Positions 56,621 through 64,000 of a stretch of DNA of 64,000 nucleotides are shown in pieces. Position 1 is the stretch's first letter; each line of letters starts with the position of its first letter. Source of the DNA: an uncultured Roseicyclus sp. GTDB lineage: Bacteria > Pseudomonadota > Alphaproteobacteria > Rhodobacterales > Rhodobacteraceae. The stretch lies in the NCBI RefSeq assembly GCF_937892565.1, contig NZ_CALAHQ010000066.1, forward strand, positions 97,771 to 161,770, given 5' to 3'. Position numbers and translations under genes: made by a program. The notes beneath the pieces were generated by a model, which saw nothing but the letters and a program-made list of their open reading frames with translations, was not told the DNA's origin and searched no databases.

Positions 56621-56649
56621 TTGACCCCTTGCGGCATGGGGCGTAAATC
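56621..56649 (+). promoter_or_regulatory. candidate sigma70-type promoter of the nuo operon
   Basis: TTGACC, 17-nt spacer, TAAATC, about 80 nt upstream of the nuoA ATG. Sequence match only. Confidence 0.35.
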
Positions 56650-56726
56650 AGCACCCAACGACCGGACCAACCGGGGGTCACCCCCCGCCTGAGCAGACCA
56701 CCGCAAGGACGAGCCAAGGGATACCC

Positions 56727-57616
<890 letters not shown>

Positions 57617-57649
57617 CGCGCCGCGCGCCCTGCGCGAAGGAGACGACAG

Positions 57650-58264
57650 ATGAGCGTCGAGGCTCTCAAGGAACTGGCCGCCCATATCGCCGAACGCAAA
57701 CCCGATGCGGTGATCGCCACCCATGTCTCGGCCCATGGCGAGCTGAGCGTGCACATCACGCCCACAGCGGTGCTGGAGATGGTCGAATGGCTCAGGCAAG
57801 ACCCGACTTGCCGGTTCGCCACCCTTCTGGACATCACCGCCGTCGATTGGCCCGAGCGTGATCACCGCTTCGATGTGGTGTGGCATTTCCTGAGCATGTA
57901 TCAAAACCATCGCATCCGGGTGATCTGTGCCCTCCGCGAGGATCAGGTGCTGCCCTCGGTCACGTCGGTCTTTCCCGGGGCCGGCTGGTACGAGCGCGAG
58001 GTCTACGACATGTTCGGCATCCTTTTCACCGGGCATGCCGATCTGCGGCGCATCCTGACCGATTACGGCTTTCGCGGGCATCCCTTGCGCAAGGATTTCC
58101 CGACCTCGGGCTATACCGAAGTGCGCTATGACGAAAAACTCAAGCGCGTGGTCTATGAACCGGTCAAGCTGGTGCAGGAATACCGGCAGTTCGATTTCAT
58201 GAGCCCTTGGGAAGGGGCCGATTACGTGCTTCCGGGGGACGAAAAGGCGAATGCCAAGAAGTGA
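57650..58264 (+). CDS. nuoC: NADH-quinone oxidoreductase subunit C
   Basis: 204 aa. [23 protein letters not shown] and LRKDFP motifs. Confidence 0.9.
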   Translation: MSVEALKELAAHIAERKPDAVIATHVSAHGELSVHITPTAVLEMVEWLRQDPTCRFATLLDITAVDWPERDHRFDVVWHFLSMYQNHRIRVICALREDQVLPSVTSVFPGAGWYEREVYDMFGILFTGHADLRRILTDYGFRGHPLRKDFPTSGYTEVRYDEKLKRVVYEPVKLVQEYRQFDFMSPWEGADYVLPGDEKANAKK

Positions 58265-58379
58265 TGCAGACGGCAGCCGGACATGATAGCGTCCAGCCTG
58301 CGATGAGGTCGGTCGGAATTGTCTGGTCGACGGTGCCGGCGGGTCGCCGGGCAAAAGATGGCTTCAGGGAGCAGATGAC

Positions 58380-58757
58380 ATGAGCGGCAGCATCAAGGTC
58401 CACATGGAAATCCTCGAACAGGCGCGGGCCTATTGCGAGGCGGTGTGGTATGCGCGCACCGAGGTTTTCGAGCAGATGTGCCACGAGCGCTTTGCCATGA
58501 ACCTGATCGAACCCGAAGGCCCGACCTATTGGGACAAGGCATCCTTCATCGAGCGCGTGCGCGCCCGCGCACCGGCCGAGGGGCCTGCCTCCTACGAGGT
58601 GCTCGACATCGACGTGATGGGCGACCAGATCGCGCGCGTGCATCTGACGGTCGATATTCCCGGCACGCGGTTCGAGGATCACCTGGGCTTCGTGAACATG
58701 GACGGCTCGTGGAAATTGCTGACCAAGGTCTTCCGCATCAAGGCCCGTCTGGGCTAG
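58380..58757 (+). CDS. NTF2-like (putative lumazine-binding/SnoaL-like) protein inserted between nuoC and nuoD
   Basis: 125 aa. The pattern ARAYCEAVWYARTEVFEQMCHERFAM...ARVHLTV...GFVNMDGSWKLLTKVF fits an NTF2-like cone. GGGAG RBS upstream. Confidence 0.6.
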   Translation: MSGSIKVHMEILEQARAYCEAVWYARTEVFEQMCHERFAMNLIEPEGPTYWDKASFIERVRARAPAEGPASYEVLDIDVMGDQIARVHLTVDIPGTRFEDHLGFVNMDGSWKLLTKVFRIKARLG

Positions 58758-58769
58758 GGACAAGCTGAC

Positions 58770-59993
58770 ATGATGGACGGTGCCAAGGGATTTCAGGACG
58801 CTCTCACCGGCGAACAGAAGATCCGCAACTTCAACATCAACTTCGGGCCCCAGCACCCGGCGGCGCATGGCGTGCTGCGCCTTGTGCTGGAGCTTGACGG
58901 CGAGATCTGCGAACGTTGCGACCCGCATATCGGGCTGTTGCATCGCGGCACCGAAAAGCTGATGGAAAGCCGCACCTATCTGCAGAACCTGCCCTATTTC
59001 GACCGGCTCGACTATGTGGGCACGATGAACCAGGAACATGCCTGGGTTCTGGCGATCGAGCGGCTGACGGGCACCCCCGTGCCGCGCCGCGCACAGGTGA
59101 TCCGTGTGCTGTATTGCGAGATCGGGCGCATCCTGAACCATCTGCTCAACGTCACCACACAGGCGATGGATGTGGGCGCGCTGACCCCGCCCTTGTGGGG
59201 GTTCGAGGAACGCGAAAAGCTGATGATCTTTTACGAACGCGCCTGCGGGGCGCGGCTGCATGCGGCCTATTTCCGCCCCGGCGGCGTGCATCAGGATCTG
59301 CCGCCTGCCTTGATCGACGACATCGACGCCTGGGCCGATGCCTTTCCCGGGGCGCTTGATGATATCGACACATTGCTGACGGAAAACCGCATCTTCAAGC
59401 AGCGCAATGTCGATATTGGCGTCGTGACCGAACAAGACATTCAAGATTGGGGCTTTACGGGCGTGATGGCGCGCGGATCGGGGCTCGCTTGGGATTTGCG
59501 GCGCGCGCAACCCTATGAATGCTATGATGAATTCGCCTTCCAAATCCCGGTCGGCACCAATGGCGACAATTTCGACCGCTATCTTTGCCGCATGGCCGAG
59601 ATGCGGGAATCGACCTCGATCATCAAGCAGGCCTGCGCCAAGCTGCGCGCACCTGAAAATCAGGGCCCGGTGATGACGCGCGGCAAGATCAGCCCACCCA
59701 AGCGGTCCGAGATGAAAACCTCGATGGAGGCGCTCATCCATCACTTCAAGCTCTACACCGAAGGCTTCCACGTGCCCGCAGGTCAGATTTATGCCGCGGT
59801 CGAGGCGCCCAAGGGCGAGTTTGGCGTCTATCTGGTGGCCGACGGCACCAACAAACCCTACCGCGCGAAACTGCGCGCGCCGGGCTATGCGCATCTTCAG
59901 GCGATGGATCACCTGTGCCGCGGCCACCAGCTGGCGGATGTCTCGGCCATTCTGGGCTCGCTCGATATCGTGTTTGGCGAGGTGGACCGCTAA
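58770..59993 (+). CDS. nuoD: NADH-quinone oxidoreductase subunit D
   Basis: 407 aa. [29 protein letters not shown] and the C-terminal DIVFGEVDR. Confidence 0.95.
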   Translation: MMDGAKGFQDALTGEQKIRNFNINFGPQHPAAHGVLRLVLELDGEICERCDPHIGLLHRGTEKLMESRTYLQNLPYFDRLDYVGTMNQEHAWVLAIERLTGTPVPRRAQVIRVLYCEIGRILNHLLNVTTQAMDVGALTPPLWGFEEREKLMIFYERACGARLHAAYFRPGGVHQDLPPALIDDIDAWADAFPGALDDIDTLLTENRIFKQRNVDIGVVTEQDIQDWGFTGVMARGSGLAWDLRRAQPYECYDEFAFQIPVGTNGDNFDRYLCRMAEMRESTSIIKQACAKLRAPENQGPVMTRGKISPPKRSEMKTSMEALIHHFKLYTEGFHVPAGQIYAAVEAPKGEFGVYLVADGTNKPYRAKLRAPGYAHLQAMDHLCRGHQLADVSAILGSLDIVFGEVDR

Positions 59994-60002
59994 CGCGATC
60001 TG

Positions 60003-60026
60003 CCATCTTTGCTTTGAAAATACTCC
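60003..60026 (-). repeat. dispersed intergenic repeat, copy C (reverse complement GGAGTATTTTCAAAGCAAAGATGG)
   Basis: 22 of 24 identical to copy A, in inverted orientation, 10 nt after the nuoD stop. Confidence 0.8.
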
Positions 60027-60086
60027 CGCCGGAGGCTCCGCAGGGTCAACCCGCGCCCCGGCAGACAGATCGAGGAACCGTTCCAG

Positions 60087-60806
60087 ATGCTTCGCCGCCT
60101 TCACCCCGACCAGCCCGCCAGCTTTGCCTTCACGCCCGCCAATCAGGCCTGGGCCGAGGCGCAGATCACCAAATACCCCCAAGGGCGGCAGGCCAGCGCC
60201 ATCATCCCGCTGTTGTGGCGCGCGCAGGAACAGGAAGGCTGGCTGACCCGTCCCGCGATCGAGCATGTGGCCGACATGCTGGGTCTTGCCCATATTCGCG
60301 CGCTCGAGGTGGCGACCTTCTACTTCATGTTCCAGCTTGCCCCCGTGGGCTCGGTCGCCCATGTCCAGATCTGTGGCACGCTGTCGTGCATGATCTGTGG
60401 CGCCGAGGATCTGATCGCGGTCTGCCGCGACAAGATCGCGCCCAAGGCGCATGCGCTGTCAGCCGATGGCAAGTTCAGCTGGGAAGAGGTCGAATGCCTT
60501 GGCGCTTGCGCGAATGCGCCGATGGCCCAGATCGGCAAGGACTACTACGAGGATCTGACCGCCGCGCGGTTGGCCGAGATCATCGACGAGATGGCGGCGG
60601 GCCGCGTGCCGACCCCCGGCCCCCAGAACGGGCGTTACGCCGCCGAACCCAAGGGCGGCCCCAGCACGCTCAGGGATCATGTGGCCGACCGCGATCCGCT
60701 CAATGCGTCGGCCCGGCGCGCGGTTGATCTAGGCGACACGATCAAGCGCATTGATGGCAGCGAATTGCCGCTTTTGGCGCCTTGGGGGCGGCAATCCGGT
60801 GGCTAA
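60087..60806 (+). CDS. nuoE: NADH-quinone oxidoreductase subunit E (with ~60-aa C-terminal extension)
   Basis: [2Fe-2S] ligands in [13 protein letters not shown] and CLGACANAP. Confidence 0.9.
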   Translation: MLRRLHPDQPASFAFTPANQAWAEAQITKYPQGRQASAIIPLLWRAQEQEGWLTRPAIEHVADMLGLAHIRALEVATFYFMFQLAPVGSVAHVQICGTLSCMICGAEDLIAVCRDKIAPKAHALSADGKFSWEEVECLGACANAPMAQIGKDYYEDLTAARLAEIIDEMAAGRVPTPGPQNGRYAAEPKGGPSTLRDHVADRDPLNASARRAVDLGDTIKRIDGSELPLLAPWGRQSGG

Positions 60807-60969
60807 GCCGCCATCCTGACCGACACGCAAGCGGGACGGATCACGGGCCATGTCGTCTGACACCCCATAGCTTGCCCATCAGGCGCGAAAATGTCGCGCC
60901 CGATGGGCTCGAAACCCGGGCGTGCTCGTCTAGCTCGCCACCTGATAATCAGCATTGGAGCAGATAAGA

Positions 60970-61221
60970 ATGGCTGAAATGACAACAAGCTACCGCTTGG
61001 GTGCGGTCATTGTCGTGTGGACGGTCGCCGCGATCCTTGGATTGACGGTGGCGTTGTTCGCGGTGGGTTTTCTGGGGCTTTGGGTGGCCGTGGGCGCCTT
61101 TGCGGGTCTGGGCACCGTGCTTGTCTCGGGCTGGATCGGCCAGATCGCTTTTGCAACCGATTTTGACGCGCTGATCGCAAAGCGCGCCGAACAGGCCCGC
61201 GCGCGCGACACCACGACCTGA
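60970..61221 (+). CDS. small hypothetical 2-TM membrane protein (nuo-operon accessory ORF)
   Basis: ATG 9 nt after GGAG. 83 aa, hydrophobic (LGAVIVVWTVAAILGLTVALFAVGFLGLWVAVGAFAGLGTVLV). Confidence 0.45.
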   Translation: MAEMTTSYRLGAVIVVWTVAAILGLTVALFAVGFLGLWVAVGAFAGLGTVLVSGWIGQIAFATDFDALIAKRAEQARARDTTT

Positions 61222-61291
61222 AGAGGCACGCCAAACGCATCTCCCCGCGTTGAAATCACGACAGGTTTGACGATGAACGGGGGGATCGATC

Positions 61292-61902
61292 ATGAACGCG
61301 ACAACGGCGGGATCGATCAATCCTATGTTTGTCTGGGCCATGGCCTCGATGGCGGGGGTGCTTGCCATGGCCGCGCTCGTGATGCTGGGCGACAGGCGCG
61401 TGATGCAGGCGCTGTTTGCGGTGGCGGTCATCTTTCTGGCGCTGGGCCTGCCGTTGTCGATCTTGTTTCCGAACCCGTTGCCCGGCCCGCAAAGGCCGCG
61501 ATCACCGGGCTGGGACATGGGCGCGCCAACGCCGCGCGCAGCAGCGCCCAAGACCGTGGCCACCAGCCCGGCGGCATCTGTCACGGTGCAACCGGCCGCG
61601 ACGATTGCCAGCCAAGGCGCAACAGCGCCTGGCGCCTCGCCGGTTGCGGCTGGCCCGGGCACGCGCCCCTCTGGCCTTGATGCCCCGCGCGCGGGCGGGT
61701 CGGATGATCTTGCACGCATCAAGGGGGCGGGCCAAAACTGGAAAAACTGTGCCATTCCCTCGGGTTTTACCATTTCGACCAGATCGCGGTCTGGACCCCC
61801 GACGAAATCGCGTGGGTCGATCAGAACCTCGAAGGGTTCAAGCGCCGGGTCGTGCGCGATCACTGGGCCGCACTAGCCCGGCAATTGGCCAAAGGCGGCT
61901 GA
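61292..61902 (+). pseudogene. nuo-operon accessory membrane protein whose conserved C-terminal domain is out of frame (apparent 1-nt frameshift near 61724-61737)
   Basis: Frame A gives 2 TM, a Pro/Ala linker and ...GGSDDLARIKGAG, then nonsense to TAG 61876. The -1 frame continues as PKLEKLCHSLGFYHFDQIAVWTPDEIAWVDQNLEGFKRRVVRDHWAALARQLAKGG to TGA 61902. Confidence 0.5.
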
Positions 61903-62024
61903 CGCGGCTTGGCCCGCAACAGGCACAAGCCACAAAGCGCGGGGCGCGTGCGGGGCCGGGGGATTGCCTTGGCGCCTCGTCTTCCGTTAGGGCTAGGTGC
62001 GCTCATGTCTTGCCGTTGGTCATC

Positions 62025-62270
62025 ATGCCCCCGTCACCCGAACACAGCCAGATCGAACGCCGCCGCCGCGGTCAGATCCGGCTTGCCGCCAGTGTCATGG
62101 CTGCCACCATGGTGATCTGGATGGGCGCCAGTTTTCTGGGCGGCCGTCTTGGCCTGCATCCGCGCTTTGCCTTTCTGGTCGACCTTGCGGCGATTGCCGC
62201 ACTGGTCTGGGCGCTGATTGTGACGTATTGGGTTTGGAAAGCGCGCCGCGACGACGCCGCAGAGCGCTGA
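62025..62270 (+). CDS. DUF5337-like small membrane protein (nuo-operon accessory ORF)
   Basis: 81 aa. RRRRGQIRLAASVMAATMVIWMGASFLGGRLGL...LAAIAALVWALIVTYWVWKARR matches my recollection of the family found in Rhodobacterales nuo operons. Confidence 0.55.
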   Translation: MPPSPEHSQIERRRRGQIRLAASVMAATMVIWMGASFLGGRLGLHPRFAFLVDLAAIAALVWALIVTYWVWKARRDDAAER

Positions 62271-62324
62271 CGCCACAAGGCAGGCCCGCCAGACCCGGGT
62301 CAGGACAGATGTGAGAGACGCCAG

Positions 62325-63620
62325 ATGCTTCAGGACAAGGACCGGATCTTTACCAATATCTACGGCATGCATGACCGTACGCTGAAGGGCGCGCGGGCGC
62401 GCGGTCATTGGGATGGCACCAAGGACATCATCGCCTTGGGCCGTGACAAGATCGTCGAGATCATGAAGGCAAGCGGTTTGCGCGGGCGCGGCGGGGCGGG
62501 CTTTCCCACCGGGCTCAAATGGTCCTTCATGCCAAAGGAAAGCGACGGGCGGCCGAGCTATCTGGTGGTCAATGCCGACGAAAGCGAACCGGGCACCTGC
62601 AAGGACCGGGAGATCATGCGCAATGATCCCCATACGCTGATCGAGGGCTGCCTGATCGCGGGCTTCGCGATGAACGCGCATGCCTGCTACATCTATATTC
62701 GCGGCGAATACATCCGCGAGCGCGAGGCGCTGCAGGCCGCCATCGACGAATGCTATGATGCGGGGCTTTTGGGCAAGAACGCCGCCCGATCGGGCTGGGA
62801 TTTCGATCTGTACCTGCATCATGGGGCGGGCGCCTATATCTGTGGCGAAGAAACCGCGCTTCTGGAAAGCCTTGAGGGGCGCAAGGGCATGCCACGCATG
62901 AAGCCGCCCTTTCCCGCGGGTTCCGGGCTTTATGGCTGTCCCACCACGGTGAATAACGTCGAATCGATCGCCGTGGCCCCCACGATTTTGCGCCGGGGCG
63001 CGGAATGGTTCGCGGGCTTTGGCCGCCCGAACAACGCAGGCACCAAGCTTTTTGCCATTTCGGGCCATGTGAACGCCCCTTGCGTCGTCGAGGAAGCGAT
63101 GAGCATCCCCTTTGACGAGTTGATCGAGCGGCATTGCGGCGGCATTCGCGGCGGTTGGGACAATCTCAAGGCGGTCATCCCCGGCGGCTCGTCGGTGCCG
63201 GTCTTGCCCGCGGCTGTCATGCGCGAAGGCGCGATCATGGATTTCGACTGGCTGCGCGAACAGCGATCGGGGCTGGGCACGGCGGCGGTGATCGTGATGG
63301 ATCAGTCCACCGACATGATCAAGGCGATCTGGCGGCTGTCCAAGTTCTACAAGCATGAAAGCTGCGGCCAATGCACGCCCTGCCGCGAAGGCACGGGCTG
63401 GATGATGCGGGTCATGGGGCGTTTGGTAAAGGGCGAGGCGCAGGTCGCGGAAATCGACATGCTGCTTGATGTCACCAAACAGGTCGAGGGTCACACCATC
63501 TGTGCCTTGGGCGATGCGGCGGCCTGGCCCATTCAGGGGTTGATCCGCCATTTCCGCCACGAGATCGAAGACCGTATCCGCATTCGGCGCGATGGGTCGG
63601 TCGGGATCGCGGCGGAGTGA
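62325..63620 (+). CDS. nuoF: NADH-quinone oxidoreductase subunit F
   Basis: 431 aa. [13 protein letters not shown] (FMN/NADH site) and [12 protein letters not shown] (N3 cluster). Confidence 0.95.
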   Translation: MLQDKDRIFTNIYGMHDRTLKGARARGHWDGTKDIIALGRDKIVEIMKASGLRGRGGAGFPTGLKWSFMPKESDGRPSYLVVNADESEPGTCKDREIMRNDPHTLIEGCLIAGFAMNAHACYIYIRGEYIREREALQAAIDECYDAGLLGKNAARSGWDFDLYLHHGAGAYICGEETALLESLEGRKGMPRMKPPFPAGSGLYGCPTTVNNVESIAVAPTILRRGAEWFAGFGRPNNAGTKLFAISGHVNAPCVVEEAMSIPFDELIERHCGGIRGGWDNLKAVIPGGSSVPVLPAAVMREGAIMDFDWLREQRSGLGTAAVIVMDQSTDMIKAIWRLSKFYKHESCGQCTPCREGTGWMMRVMGRLVKGEAQVAEIDMLLDVTKQVEGHTICALGDAAAWPIQGLIRHFRHEIEDRIRIRRDGSVGIAAE

Positions 63621-63937
63621 CGGCGGGCGCCGGGCGGCAGGCGTCGGGTTTGGCGGCGGCATGCATGGCGGTTTTTCTGTCCGCCTGTGCGTCGGAGCCG
63701 CCGCTTTTCGTGGTGACGCAAACAGCCATGCCCGATGCCGCAGCCTTGCCCGCGTTGGTGGTGCGCCGCAGCACGGGTGCGCCATTGCTTCGCGAGGATT
63801 GGGTCGCGGCGGAAGCGGCCGCGCGCGCCCATTGTGCGGTGCAATCCATGACCTACGCCCGATTGCCGCCGTCACCGGACTACACGCAGATGCGGCTTGA
63901 AGGGGGCGCGTTCGCGTTCGTGGCGCGCTGCGTGTGA
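63617..63937 (+). CDS. small putative lipoprotein (nuo-operon accessory ORF)
   Basis: The start overlaps the nuoF stop (ATGA). Lipobox-like FLSAC after a hydrophobic segment. 106 aa. Confidence 0.5.
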   Translation: MTAGAGRQASGLAAACMAVFLSACASEPPLFVVTQTAMPDAAALPALVVRRSTGAPLLREDWVAAEAAARAHCAVQSMTYARLPPSPDYTQMRLEGGAFAFVARCV

Positions 63938-64000
63938 CGTGCAGCCACCGCCTTGGGGCAGGTGCTTGACGCCTATCCCCGGATCGGCGAGACCAAAGCG

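Overview
GC-rich (by eye, not computed) alphaproteobacterial chromosome segment that looks Rhodobacterales-like and is almost entirely core metabolism. I found no rRNA, tRNA, CRISPR array, transposase, integrase or phage gene. Gene order: HIBADH-like fragment, PhnM-like amidohydrolase, DMT transporter, NUDIX, secreted alpha/beta hydrolase, purEK, DUF465, hsp20-DUF1150, nadE, a 19-repeat MORN protein, a MarR-like::Sat::CysC fusion, trxB, lrp, the lgt/NDUFAF7-like methyltransferase/pgeF operon, ubiK, ybjN-proC-csaA-2-hydroxyacid dehydrogenase, tdk, lolCD, alpha/beta hydrolase-SCP2, TPR protein, SUV3-like helicase-S4-fdxA-carD, an orphan D-lyxose isomerase, purD, xseA. Then a long minus-strand cluster: polar amino-acid ABC transporter, GATase1, glutamine-synthetase-like ligase, FAD oxidase and a DegT aminotransferase. 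Then PhnD-like, TerB and PhzF proteins, a leucine-catabolic liu cluster (ivd, mccB, mccA, hmgL, liuC) followed by qor and an acyl-CoA ligase, a small glycosyltransferase/FkbM islet that looks less GC-rich, a His/Met-rich periplasmic protein, and the start of the complex I operon (nuoA-F) interrupted by several small accessory ORFs. No obvious self-contained novel system (defence, toxin or mobile) is visible. The most unusual items are: (1) a winged-helix regulator domain fused in frame to the sulfate-activating enzyme, with twin perfect palindromes upstream; (2) two families of short dispersed intergenic repeats and a family of perfect GAAAAC/GTTTTC-armed palindromes; (3) two apparent 1-nt frameshifts, in a GT25-like gene and in a conserved nuo-operon ORF; (4) accessory NTF2-like genes embedded in the liu and nuo operons. 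The many long ORFs antisense to real genes are the usual high-GC artefact.
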